In this document: in pieces, positions 46,244 to 55,290 of the stretch
How the letters are laid out: every line of letters begins with the position of its first letter
How positions within the stretch are numbered: position 1 is the first letter of the stretch
Assembly: GCA_003167365.1 (NCBI GenBank)
Contig: PMTM01000013.1
Coordinates: forward strand, 122,667 to 186,666
Length of the DNA: 64,000 nt
Direction of reading: 5' to 3'
Origin: Spartobacteria bacterium
Lineage (GTDB): Bacteria > Verrucomicrobiota > Verrucomicrobiia > Chthoniobacterales > UBA10450
Notes under the pieces: generated by a model
What the model was told of the DNA's origin: nothing
Seen by the model: the letters and a program-made list of their open reading frames with translations, nothing else
The model's database searches: none
Translations under genes and position numbers: made by a program

Positions 46244-47059
46244 ATGAAAAAGCTCCCAAACCAAAAACCTCGTCTCGCCTACGGCTGGGCGCCGGATCTG
46301 CCCGATAACCGCGATCATCAATACGCCGCGCCGATGGCGAAGCTCCGTGCTCTCCCGGCTAAAGCCGATCTTCGCAACCTTTGTCCCCCTGTTTACAACC
46401 AGGGACAAATCGGTTCTTGCACCGCCAACGCGATTGCCGCAGCCCTCGAATTCGATCGCAAAAAGCAAAAGCTCGCCGACTTCATCCCATCACGGCTCTT
46501 CATTTACTACAACGAGCGGAGCATGGAACACAGCGTGCCACTCGACAGCGGCGCGCAAATTCGCGACGGCATTAAGAGTGTTGGCGACCAAGGCGCTTGC
46601 CCAGAAAAACAATGGCCTTACGACGACACTCCGGCTGACGCGACCACGAACGTCTGGCCGGCCGGAGCTAAACCGGCGCAAACACCACCGAAGTCCTGCT
46701 ACACGGACGCAAAGAAATTCGTCGCCCTTAACTACCAGCGTGTCGTTCGCAGCCTGGCGCAGATGAAAGGCTGCCTGGCTGACGGATACCCGTTTGTCTT
46801 CGGCTTCACCGTTTACGATAGCTTCGAGAGCGCGGCAGTTGCAACAAGCGGCGTTCTCAATATGCCAGCGCCAACCGAAGCCGTTGCCGGCGGTCATGCC
46901 GTGCTCGCGGTGGGCTACGATGATACGACGCAACGTTTTGCCGTGCGCAACTCGTGGGGTGCGAAGTGGGGCCAGAAAGGCTACTTCACCATTCCCTACG
47001 CCTATTTACTCACGGAAAATCTATCGGACGACTTCTGGACCATTCGATTGGTCCATTAG
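46244..47059 (+). CDS. Papain-like (C1 family) cysteine peptidase without signal peptide or pro-domain
   Basis: Catalytic motifs NQGQIGSCTANA (Gln/Cys), GGHAVLAVGYDD (His), and RNSWGAKWGQKGYF (Asn-Ser-Trp). Confidence 0.9.
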   Translation: MKKLPNQKPRLAYGWAPDLPDNRDHQYAAPMAKLRALPAKADLRNLCPPVYNQGQIGSCTANAIAAALEFDRKKQKLADFIPSRLFIYYNERSMEHSVPLDSGAQIRDGIKSVGDQGACPEKQWPYDDTPADATTNVWPAGAKPAQTPPKSCYTDAKKFVALNYQRVVRSLAQMKGCLADGYPFVFGFTVYDSFESAAVATSGVLNMPAPTEAVAGGHAVLAVGYDDTTQRFAVRNSWGAKWGQKGYFTIPYAYLLTENLSDDFWTIRLVH

Positions 47060-47286
47060 CCAATCCACCTCACGGAAACTGAATGCCCTCGATGAGGGCA
47101 GGGAGTCTAAGTAGGTTGTCGCCTTCGACCAAAATTAATTCACGGTAAGGTCCTCAACTCCGCGAAAGTAATACGCGCGGTATCCGAGGGATTGGCGATG
47201 CGCGAATTTTAATGTCGCCCTGCGCTCGGAAATTCCCTTGCAACTTGATCGGTTAAACTTTCAAGTTTCATCAATCCTCTCTCCTG

Positions 47287-47886
47287 ATGACGACTGCCAA
47301 CAAGATCACGGTTGTTCGTATCCTGATGATTCCTGTATTCGTCACGCTGGCGATCTATTACGGACAAAGTATCCAGCGCGGCGAGCCAATCGAGTGGCAA
47401 CGATTCGCCGCGATTGTAGTTTTTCTCGTCGCCGCGATAAGCGATGGCCTCGATGGTTATGTCGCCCGTCGCTACAATCAACGCAGCGCGCTCGGAGTAA
47501 TTCTCGATCCAATCGCGGACAAAGGTTTGCTCCTCAGTGGCGTCATCACGCTAAGCATCAGCAACTGGAGCGACATTGATCCTGGTTACGGAAAGTTCCC
47601 TGTCTGGTTTCCCGTGCTGGTCATTACACGCGACGCGGTCATCTTAGTCGGCGCGGCCGTTCTACACTTGCTCAATGGCAAAGTGCGGCTCAGACCAAGC
47701 TGGACGGGAAAAGTCGCGACGGTCATGCAAATGTGTGCAATCGCGTGGGTGATGTTGCAGCTCCGCTTCATTCCCCTGCCCTATATTGTGATCGCGGCGG
47801 GCGTCTTCACTTTTATTTCCGGCGTGATTTACGTTTTGGAAGGCATACTCCAAGCCCAGGAGCACGCGCACGCAAAGGTGGACTAA
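47287..47886 (+). CDS. pgsA: CDP-diacylglycerol--glycerol-3-phosphate 3-phosphatidyltransferase
   Basis: Motif DGLDGYVARRYNQRSALGVILDPIADK. Length 199 aa, 4-5 TM. Confidence 0.9.
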   Translation: MTTANKITVVRILMIPVFVTLAIYYGQSIQRGEPIEWQRFAAIVVFLVAAISDGLDGYVARRYNQRSALGVILDPIADKGLLLSGVITLSISNWSDIDPGYGKFPVWFPVLVITRDAVILVGAAVLHLLNGKVRLRPSWTGKVATVMQMCAIAWVMLQLRFIPLPYIVIAAGVFTFISGVIYVLEGILQAQEHAHAKVD

Positions 47887-47904
47887 GATTCCCTTGCCCG
47901 CGCT

Positions 47905-49284
47905 ATGAATGGTAAGAGCGAGCCACCGAATGTGGCAATCGTCGGTCGACCTAACGTCGGGAAATCCGCCTTGTTCAATCGGCTCGCCGGACGGCAGATC
48001 GCGATTGTTCACGATCAACCCGGAATCACGCGCGACCGGATATCTGCGTTGTGCACGCGCGGCGGAAAGCCATTTACGCTTTGGGACACCGGGGGCGTGG
48101 GCGGTGCGGGAGAGTCCGAGCTAATCGCGCACGTGGAAGGCGCGGTCAAAACCGCGGTTCGCGACAGCGATGTTCTCCTGTTCGTCGTCGATGCAAAACA
48201 GGGGCTTTCGCCAATCGACGAAGAACTCGCGCGCATGCTGCGCAGATCGCGAAAACCTGTCGTTGTCGCCGTGAACAAGATCGACCACGAAAAACACGAG
48301 AGCCTTGAGTCCGATTTCGCATCACTCGGGTTTGACGACACGTTTCCGATCAGCGCGGCACACGGCCGCGGCATTTCGGAGCTGCTCGAAGCGATTGTCG
48401 ATCTTTTGCCAGACAAACAGGAGCAAGATCGACCGTTACCTTCGCGCAGCGACGTGCTTCAAACTGCGATCATCGGCCGGCCGAATGCGGGCAAATCTTC
48501 GATCATCAATTCTCTGTTGCGAAGCGAGCGCGCGATTGTCAGCGCTTTGCCGGGAACCACGCGCGACGCGGTGGACATTTCATATGAGCGGGATGGAGAA
48601 CAATTTCTGTTTATCGACACTGCCGGCATGCGCGCGCGCAGCAAGCATTCAACCTCGGTGGAAGTTTTCAGCGTCATGCGGGCTGAGCGAAGTATTCGGC
48701 GCGCCGATCTCTGCGTGTTGATTGTCGATGTTACAGCCGGCGTGACGGGACAGGACAAGAAAATCGCGGCGCTGATTCAAAAAGCGCGGAAGGCGTCAAT
48801 CGTCATCATCAACAAGTTCGATCTCGTGAAACCGAAACGCGGCGCGAGGACCGCGGTGGATGAAATTGTCGAGACAACACGCGAGCGACTTTTCTTTCTC
48901 GATTATGCGCCGGTGCTGGTCGCCTCGGCGCTTACCGGCGAACACGTCGATAAGCTTTTCCGTTTGATCGCCAAAGTTAAACGCGCGGCTCAAAGTCGGA
49001 TCGGGACTGGCGTGCTCAATCGTCTAATGCAAGGCGCGACTGCAGCGAACCCGCCGCCGATGATTTCCGGCCGGCGTCTGAAGTTATTCTACGCGACACA
49101 AGCCAGCGGAGAGCAAGATCGACAACTACAGACGCCCGAGTTCGTGCTCTTCGTCAACGATCCGAAGTTGCTGGGCGAAACTTATCGGCGTTATCTCGAA
49201 GCGCGCATCCGCGAAGTTGAACCATATCCTGGTCTTCCTATTATTCTGACAGCGCGACCCCGAAAGGAAACGCGGCCGAAATAG
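47905..49284 (+). CDS. der: Ribosome-biogenesis GTPase Der (EngA)
   Basis: Two tandem G domains (GRPNVGKSALFN/DTGG/NKID and GRPNAGKSSIIN/DTAG/NKFD) plus a KH-like C-terminus. Confidence 0.96.
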   Translation: MNGKSEPPNVAIVGRPNVGKSALFNRLAGRQIAIVHDQPGITRDRISALCTRGGKPFTLWDTGGVGGAGESELIAHVEGAVKTAVRDSDVLLFVVDAKQGLSPIDEELARMLRRSRKPVVVAVNKIDHEKHESLESDFASLGFDDTFPISAAHGRGISELLEAIVDLLPDKQEQDRPLPSRSDVLQTAIIGRPNAGKSSIINSLLRSERAIVSALPGTTRDAVDISYERDGEQFLFIDTAGMRARSKHSTSVEVFSVMRAERSIRRADLCVLIVDVTAGVTGQDKKIAALIQKARKASIVIINKFDLVKPKRGARTAVDEIVETTRERLFFLDYAPVLVASALTGEHVDKLFRLIAKVKRAAQSRIGTGVLNRLMQGATAANPPPMISGRRLKLFYATQASGEQDRQLQTPEFVLFVNDPKLLGETYRRYLEARIREVEPYPGLPIILTARPRKETRPK

Positions 49285-49292
49285 TGACTGAC

Positions 49293-49353
49293 TGTGGCGG
49301 CCCCTCTCCAAGCGAAGTATTGTAGTTGTGCCTCGCAGAGCGAAGCGACTACA
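49293..49353. repeat. REP-like palindromic element(s) after der
   Basis: The core is TGTAGTTGTGCCTCGCAGAGCGAAGCGACTACA, with inverted ends TGTAGT/ACTACA. It is preceded by TGTGGCGGCCCCTCTCC. Confidence 0.45.
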
Positions 49354-49401
49354 GACCTTTGATCGAACATTATTATTCGCCGTCTGTCTGACATCACACT
49401 G

Positions 49402-50388
49402 ATGAAATCAACGCAGGAAATTACTGAGGAGGTACAGGCACTGGGCCAATGGATTCCGGCCTTGCGCCAGGAAGTCGGGCACGTGGTCATAGGCCAAAAA
49501 TATCTCATCGACCGGTTGCTTCTCGGTTTGCTGGCCAACGGTCACATCCTGCTCGAGGGCGTTCCCGGATTGGCGAAAACGCTGGCCGTAAAAAGTGTCG
49601 CGGCCTCCATCCAGACTGGCTTTCAACGGTTGCAGTTCACTCCCGATCTTTTGCCAGCCGATTTGATCGGTACTCTTATATATAACCCCCGCACCGGAGA
49701 GTTCACGACAAAGCTTGGTCCCCTCTTTTCGAATTTGATCCTGGCCGACGAAATCAATCGTGCTCCGGCCAAGGTGCAGAGTGCCTTGCTCGAAGCCATG
49801 CAGGAGAGGCAGGTCACAATCGGCGATAAGACCTATCCGCTGGCTGACCCGTTTCTTGTTCTCGCCACGCAAAACCCACTCGAACAGGAAGGAACGTATC
49901 AACTTCCCGAAGCGCAGCTCGATCGCTTCATGTTGAAATTGAATGTCGGTTATCCGACTAAAGAGGAGGAGCGAAAGATCCTCGACCTGATGGCGACATC
50001 TGCACCGGACTTGCGCGTCAATCCAGTGGTCGAGCCGCAACAAATCATCGCCGCACGCGGAGTTGTTAATCAAATCTACATCGACGATCGAGTGAAGGAT
50101 TACATTGTCGATGTCGTCTGGGCGACGCGTGAGCCGTCGACATATAACCTGAGACTAGAAGGACTCATTCGCTATGGCGCGTCACCACGCGCCACTATTT
50201 ATCTCGCGCTCGGCGCCCGCGCCCACGCGTTTCTCAATGGTCGCGGCTACGTCACACCGCAAGATATAAAAAGTGTCGGCGCGGATGTGTTGCGGCATCG
50301 CATCATCGTTAGTTACGAAGCCGAGGCGGAAGGCGTCACGAGCGAAACCATCATCGAACGAATTTTTGCCGGATTGCCCGTTCCGTGA
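49402..50388 (+). CDS. MoxR-family AAA+ ATPase
   Basis: GVPGLAKT Walker A and LADEINRAPAKVQSALLEAMQERQVT. Length 328 aa. First gene of the Bat-type operon. Confidence 0.95.
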   Translation: MKSTQEITEEVQALGQWIPALRQEVGHVVIGQKYLIDRLLLGLLANGHILLEGVPGLAKTLAVKSVAASIQTGFQRLQFTPDLLPADLIGTLIYNPRTGEFTTKLGPLFSNLILADEINRAPAKVQSALLEAMQERQVTIGDKTYPLADPFLVLATQNPLEQEGTYQLPEAQLDRFMLKLNVGYPTKEEERKILDLMATSAPDLRVNPVVEPQQIIAARGVVNQIYIDDRVKDYIVDVVWATREPSTYNLRLEGLIRYGASPRATIYLALGARAHAFLNGRGYVTPQDIKSVGADVLRHRIIVSYEAEAEGVTSETIIERIFAGLPVP

Positions 50389-50430
50389 TGGCTTGCAATC
50401 CTTCCAATAAACTTCCCCACCGAAAGCGCT

Positions 50431-50507
50431 GTCATGCTGAACGGAGCGAAGCATCTCTCAAGAGCCTGGAAGCAGATGCGCGGTCCCTCGCTCCGCTCGG
50501 GATGATA
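50431..50507. mobile_element. Short (about 77 bp) palindromic member of the GTCATCCCGAG...GAGGGACCTC family
   Basis: GTCATGCTGAACGGAGCGAAGCATCTC, an approximately 20-nt spacer, then GCGGTCCCTCGCTCCGCTCGGGATGAT. Lies between the moxR and DUF58 genes inside the operon. Confidence 0.65.
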
Positions 50508-50519
50508 GAGCTGTGCTGA

Positions 50520-51419
50520 ATGGAACAAACGACACAAACCCCCGCCGATATTCTCAAGAAGATTCGCGTACTTGAAATCAAGACGCGCGGGCTGGTCGAG
50601 GCGGCGTTCGCGGGTGACTATCACAGCGTCTTTAAGGGTCGCGGCATGAACTTCGAGGATGTCCGCGAATACCAGCCTGGAGACGAGATTCGCGCGATCG
50701 ATTGGAACGTGACCGCACGACTTGGCACGCCTTTTGTGAAAAAATTCACGGAAGAACGCGAGCTGACGGTGATGTTGATTGTCGATGTTAGCGCGTCGGG
50801 AAATTTCGGCAGCACGACTCAATCGAAGCGCGAACTGGCCGCGGAAGTTGCCTGCCTGCTCGCGTTCAGCGCGATCCGAAATAACGACAAGGTCGGTCTT
50901 CTCCTTTTCACCGACCGAGTTGAGCTTTTCATTCCGCCAAAGAAAGGTCGCTCGCATACTTTGCGATTGATTCGCGAAATTCTTTTCTTCGAACCGGAAG
51001 GTCGCGGCACGAACCCGGCGCTGGCTCTTGATTCGCTCAATAGGATTGTAACTCGGCGCGCAGTTGTCTTTTTCATTTCAGATTTCCAAGCGCCGGATTT
51101 CTCGAAGACTTTGTCAGTAAGCGGCCGGCGCCATGATTTCATCGCCTTCCACGTTCAAGATGAGCGAGAGAAAGTGTTGCCGAATATCGGCATCATTACG
51201 CTCGAAGATGCGGAGACGGGAGAGCAAATCGAGATCGACACGGGCGACCGAGCCACCCGCGCGCGTTTCGTCGATCTAGCCAACGAGCAACAAACGGAAC
51301 TTTTGCGAACCCTGCGCCGAAACAACGTCGATGCTATCGCGCTGCGCACGGGCGAGGATTATCTGCCGGCGTTACGCTCGTTTTTTAAACAACGTGAGCG
51401 CCGTCTTGCAATTCGTTAA
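50520..51419 (+). CDS. DUF58-family protein (vWA-like partner of MoxR)
   Basis: Motif REYQPGDEIRAIDWNVTAR followed by a degenerate vWA fold (LIVDVSASG). Confidence 0.9.
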   Translation: MEQTTQTPADILKKIRVLEIKTRGLVEAAFAGDYHSVFKGRGMNFEDVREYQPGDEIRAIDWNVTARLGTPFVKKFTEERELTVMLIVDVSASGNFGSTTQSKRELAAEVACLLAFSAIRNNDKVGLLLFTDRVELFIPPKKGRSHTLRLIREILFFEPEGRGTNPALALDSLNRIVTRRAVVFFISDFQAPDFSKTLSVSGRRHDFIAFHVQDEREKVLPNIGIITLEDAETGEQIEIDTGDRATRARFVDLANEQQTELLRTLRRNNVDAIALRTGEDYLPALRSFFKQRERRLAIR

Positions 51420-51437
51420 CGACGACAAATTTCGATC

Positions 51438-51947
51438 TTGTCTATGTCGATCTTTCTCGCGCAAGAATTCCACGAGATCGCGCCGCCGGTCAATTATTCA
51501 CTCATTCCGCCGTGGATGATTTTTGTTGGTACGCTTGTCGCGCTGAGCATCGTGGCAGCGACCGCATCGTTCGTCATACGCTCGCGTCGAAAAAAGACTC
51601 CGATTCAGTCGACGCGCGAGCGAACTTTGGAGATGCTCGATCGCATGCAGAATGAGATCGAGGAACTTTCGCCTTATCAATTTAGCATTCGGGTCTCCGA
51701 CGTTCTTCGCCAGTACGCGACCGAGCAATACAACCTGCCGGTCACGCGGCAGACTTCGATCGAATTCTTGAACCTAATCAAAACAGCATCGCCGTTTTCC
51801 GAAGATGAAAAGATGCTGCTCGAAGATTTCTTGAACCGGTGCGACTTGATCAAGTTCGCGCGTTATGAAGCGACGACCGCGGACAGCCGGTTGCTGCTCG
51901 AAGAAGCAACGCGTTTCGTGAAAGGAGGCCAGCTTGCAGTTGTCTAA
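51438..51947 (+). CDS. Single-TM protein, DUF4381-like (Bat operon member)
   Basis: 169 aa with one TM near the N-terminus. Its position between the DUF58 and batA genes matches other Bat operons. TTG start. Confidence 0.65.
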   Translation: MSMSIFLAQEFHEIAPPVNYSLIPPWMIFVGTLVALSIVAATASFVIRSRRKKTPIQSTRERTLEMLDRMQNEIEELSPYQFSIRVSDVLRQYATEQYNLPVTRQTSIEFLNLIKTASPFSEDEKMLLEDFLNRCDLIKFARYEATTADSRLLLEEATRFVKGGQLAVV

Positions 51948-52992
51948 TTGGTGGCCCGCGAACAGCGGCCTGACCTTTGTCCATCCGTGGCTGCTCTTGC
52001 TGCTGTTGGCAATTCCCTTGCTCTCTTATCTGCGCGGCCAACGCGGTCCGGCTGCAGCCCTCACGTTTTCATCGACCGCGACTCTTCGTGCGATCGGAAA
52101 ACATAGCGCGGCGCGCGCCGGAAAAATCTTGCGGACCGTGCTTCTCGCGGCGCTGGCAATTTTCGTGATCGCGTTGGCCCGGCCGCAATTAGGCAAGACT
52201 CTCACCCAAGTCGAAGCCAGCGGCATCGACATTATGCTCGTGCTCGACGTTTCGAATTCAATGCTGACCAAGGACTTCACCATTGGCGGCGAGGAAGCGA
52301 CGCGTTTGGACGCGGTACGTGAAGACACCCGGAAATTCATTGAAGCACGCCCAAACGATCGAATTGGCATCATCGCATTCGGAACGCAGCCGTACGTGGT
52401 GAGCCCGATGACCCTGGATCACGATTGGCTGCTGCAAAATCTCGATCGTGTGAAAATTGGGTTGATCGAAGGCAGCACTGCTATCGGGTCGGCCATGGCG
52501 TCAGCCGCGAATCGGCTAAACGACAAACATGCCAAGAGCCGAGCGATCGTCCTTTTAACGGATGGCGACAATAATGCCGGCAGAATTCCACCAAATACGG
52601 CGGCGGAAGCGGTCAAAGCTCTGCACATCAAACTGTATGCGATCGGCATAGGCACGAACGGCATCGCTCCCGTTCCGATGGGGAATCCACAAACTGGACA
52701 GATTTTGACGGACGCTGTGGGAAATATTCTGTATCAGAACGCCACCGTCAGTTTCAACGAAGCCGGGCTCAAAGAAGTCGCGAAAATCGCCGATGGACGG
52801 TTCTTTCGTGCGTCGGACACCAAATCGCTCGAGGAAATTTATCACGATATCGACAAGATGGAGAAATCGACCGAAAGCGTGAAAAAATATCAGCAATACC
52901 GCGATCTCTTTCCCATCTGCATTATGAGTGCGTGCGGACTGTTGATTGGGCAAATTTTACTGTCACAAACCATTTGGAAGAAATTGCCGTGA
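51934..52992 (+). CDS. batA: vWA-domain membrane protein BatA
   Basis: N-terminal TM pair, vWA MIDAS motif DVSNSM...TAIG...TDGDNN, and a C-terminal TM. The exact start is uncertain (TTG 51934 in the track). Confidence 0.88.
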   Translation: MQLSNWWPANSGLTFVHPWLLLLLLAIPLLSYLRGQRGPAAALTFSSTATLRAIGKHSAARAGKILRTVLLAALAIFVIALARPQLGKTLTQVEASGIDIMLVLDVSNSMLTKDFTIGGEEATRLDAVREDTRKFIEARPNDRIGIIAFGTQPYVVSPMTLDHDWLLQNLDRVKIGLIEGSTAIGSAMASAANRLNDKHAKSRAIVLLTDGDNNAGRIPPNTAAEAVKALHIKLYAIGIGTNGIAPVPMGNPQTGQILTDAVGNILYQNATVSFNEAGLKEVAKIADGRFFRASDTKSLEEIYHDIDKMEKSTESVKKYQQYRDLFPICIMSACGLLIGQILLSQTIWKKLP

Positions 52993-53016
52993 AAACGACC
53001 TCGATCTTATTTCAAT

Positions 53017-53092
53017 GTGGGAGGGGCCTTGGCGCCCCGATCGAACACCAATCAGCTGGCTCAAGAAGTCGCGGCACTCAGGCCGCTCCCAC
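53017..53092. repeat. REP-like double-hairpin element (GTGGGAG family)
   Basis: Left arm is GTGGGAGGGGCCTTGGCGCCCC. The reverse complement of the right arm is GTGGGAGCGGCCTGAGTGCCGC. Lies between batA and batB. Confidence 0.55.
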
Positions 53093-53095
53093 GTT

Positions 53096-55249
53096 ATGAG
53101 TTTTGGCGCGCCACAATGGTTTCTGGGATTGCTCTTGATCCCTGTTTTCGTCGCGCTCTTTGCCTGGGCGGGACGGCGTAGCGCGAAGCGTCTGCAGGAA
53201 TTCGCTTCCGCGCGCTTGCTGCCACAACTCGCGGGAACGGTGAATCATTTCCGCCGTGTTTTGCGCTTCGGCCTTCTCCTTTTTGGCTTCGCCCTGGCGA
53301 TCGTCAGTCTCGCCCAACCGCGCTGGGGTTACACGTTTCAGGACGTGCAACGCAAAGGCCTCGATCTGCTCTTAGCCGTCGATACCTCGCGCAGTATGCT
53401 TTCCAACGACGTGCAACCGAACCGGCTCGAGCGCGTCAAACTCGCGACCCAAGATTTGATCAATGAGTTGCAAGGCGATCGCGTCGGTTTGATCGCGTTT
53501 GCCGGGCGCGCGTTTGTCCAAGCGCCATTAACGATCGATTACGACGCAGTGATCGAATCGATCAATGATCTTGATACAAAAACGATTCCCGAAGGAGGCA
53601 CAAACATTTCGCAGGCAATCGCGCGAGCAGTGGAGATTTTTGGCAAGAGCGCGACGGGAAACCGGGCGCTCATCATTTTCACCGACGGGGAAGAGTTGAG
53701 CGGCGACGCGGTGAAAAGTGCAAAGGAGGCGGCCGAAACTGGCGTGCGCATTTTTACTGTCGGTGTCGGTACGCTCGAAGGTTCGCTCATTCCGGTCACG
53801 GGCGACGATGGCGGGACAGCTTTCGTCAAAGACTCGAGCGGACGGGTGGTGAAATCGAAACTCGACGAAAAACGTTTGCGCGAAATCGCGCAGGCGACCG
53901 AAGGATTTTATTTGCACCTCGAGAGCGGACCGCGCTCGATGAAACAGATTTACGAGGAAGGCCTGACCAAGATGCAGGCGGCCAACATCGACGTGCGCTT
54001 GTCCCGACGGCCAATCGAGCGTTACGAATGGCCACTCGGCGCGGCAATATTCGCGCTGGCGACGTCGATCTTGATCGGCGAGCGAAAACGCGCGCGCAAG
54101 GCCGCGCGAAACTCCGCTTTCACGCAAGTTGCCACAGCCGCTGCGGCGCTCTTTTTCTTCTGCTTGCCATGCGCTTTGGCGGCGGTGCCCGGCCTTCAAC
54201 TTTATGAGGATGGCAAATACACCGATGCCTACCAAAGTTTTCTGGAGGATTTGAAAAACAATCCCGACAGTCCGGTCAAAGACAAGATGCAGTTCGACGC
54301 CGGAACCGCTGCCTATAAAATGCGCGATTACAATAAAGCTCTGGAAGCTTTTAGCGGGTCACTGCTTTCTCCAGACAAGAGTTTGCAAGAAGACAGCCAC
54401 TTCAACATTGGCCGGACGCTGGAAGAACGCGCCGACATGGATAAAGCGAAGGAAGAGGCGCTAAAAGATTTGGTCGATGCTCAATCGCATTACGAGTCCG
54501 TGCTCCAACTCGATCCTTCGAACGAAGCGGCGAAGTCCAATCTGGAGATGGTAAAAAAGAAAATTGAGCGCCTAAAGCAACATCCGAAAGAAAAGCCACC
54601 ATCGCCAACACCGCCGCCACCACCACCACCACCGCAAAAAAAGAACAACAACCAAGACCAAAATAATCAGCAAGATCAGCAGCAACAACAATCACAGGGC
54701 GGTTCCGGCAACGGGGAAAATCAGAAGCGCGACCAAGGGAAAGGCCAATCTCAAGCGAAGAACAATCAACAGAAGCAGGAACAACCAAAGCCAGGAGAAA
54801 GTCCTTCACCTTCTCCATCTCCCTCGGCGGGCCAAGAGAAAAAATCTGAGAAGGGACAGGGAAAACAACCATCGCCTTCGCCGGGTGAAACCGGAAACCC
54901 ATCGCCTTCGCCGGGTGAAACCGGAAGCCCGTCGCCTTCGCCCGGTAAAACCGGAAGCCCGTCGCCTTCGCCCGGAAGCGACAAGGGCGAGGGAGAAAAT
55001 GCTGCGCCATCGCCTACGCCGGCCGGGTCACCGCCGAAGAAATTTGCCGGCGACGTAAAGGGAGCGTCCGGCGACAAGTCGGAAAAGCCACCGGACAAGA
55101 ATGCGGAGATGGTTGAGGCGGAGCAGGAGAAAGAAGGCCAGATGAGCGAACGTCAGGCCGAGGCGCTATTGCAATCGATGAAAGACGAAGAAGCGCATGT
55201 GCAACTTGATGAACGCAAGGCCACGCGTCGTGTCTATAACGACTGGTAG
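53096..55249 (+). CDS. batB: BatB-like vWA + TPR protein with a long low-complexity C-terminal region
   Basis: TM pair, vWA MIDAS DTSRSM...TDGEE, a TM, a TPR region, then a Pro/Gln/Asn/Ser-rich tract of about 200 aa. Start at ATG 53096; the track ORF from 52946 runs through the REP element. Confidence 0.88.
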   Translation: MSFGAPQWFLGLLLIPVFVALFAWAGRRSAKRLQEFASARLLPQLAGTVNHFRRVLRFGLLLFGFALAIVSLAQPRWGYTFQDVQRKGLDLLLAVDTSRSMLSNDVQPNRLERVKLATQDLINELQGDRVGLIAFAGRAFVQAPLTIDYDAVIESINDLDTKTIPEGGTNISQAIARAVEIFGKSATGNRALIIFTDGEELSGDAVKSAKEAAETGVRIFTVGVGTLEGSLIPVTGDDGGTAFVKDSSGRVVKSKLDEKRLREIAQATEGFYLHLESGPRSMKQIYEEGLTKMQAANIDVRLSRRPIERYEWPLGAAIFALATSILIGERKRARKAARNSAFTQVATAAAALFFFCLPCALAAVPGLQLYEDGKYTDAYQSFLEDLKNNPDSPVKDKMQFDAGTAAYKMRDYNKALEAFSGSLLSPDKSLQEDSHFNIGRTLEERADMDKAKEEALKDLVDAQSHYESVLQLDPSNEAAKSNLEMVKKKIERLKQHPKEKPPSPTPPPPPPPPQKKNNNQDQNNQQDQQQQQSQGGSGNGENQKRDQGKGQSQAKNNQQKQEQPKPGESPSPSPSPSAGQEKKSEKGQGKQPSPSPGETGNPSPSPGETGSPSPSPGKTGSPSPSPGSDKGEGENAAPSPTPAGSPPKKFAGDVKGASGDKSEKPPDKNAEMVEAEQEKEGQMSERQAEALLQSMKDEEAHVQLDERKATRRVYNDW
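54869..54979 (+). repeat. In-frame 30-bp tandem repeat (about 3.7 units) inside batB
   Basis: CCATCGCCTTCGCCGGGTGAAACCGGAAAC and close variants, encoding PSPSPGETGN/PSPSPGETGS/PSPSPGKTGS/PSPSPGS. Confidence 0.85.
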
Positions 55250-55255
55250 AATCTC

Positions 55256-55290
55256 ATGTTTGATGTTCGATGTTTGATGTTTGATGTGCG
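55256..55290. repeat. Tandem heptamer array (5 units, each containing ATG) at the batD start
   Basis: ATGTTTG ATGTTCG ATGTTTG ATGTTTG ATGTGCG. It begins 7 nt after the batB stop. Confidence 0.8.

Noticed and set aside
46029-47286. tRNA-Leu-linked genomic island carrying the C1 peptidase.
   Set aside because: The peptidase lies on the 5' side of the tRNA, not at its 3' end. I found no integrase and no direct repeat of the tRNA 3' end. It is retained only as a note under the peptidase finding.
47060-47286. 226-nt spacer after the peptidase gene, checked for a structured ncRNA or terminator (hairpin TGCCCTC-GAT-GAGGGCA).
   Set aside because: It has a 7-bp stem, a 3-nt loop and no U-tract, and it matches none of the RNA families I can recognise by eye (SRP, 6S, tmRNA, RNase P).
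52946-53095. N-terminal extension of batB. Similar upstream extensions occur for rluD (18550), gyrB (38949), gspF (25662), pilT (34783) and the GT2 gene (to 13235).
   Set aside because: The extensions run through REP-like repeats or into neighbouring genes. Internal starts give canonical N-termini and sensible intergenic spacing.
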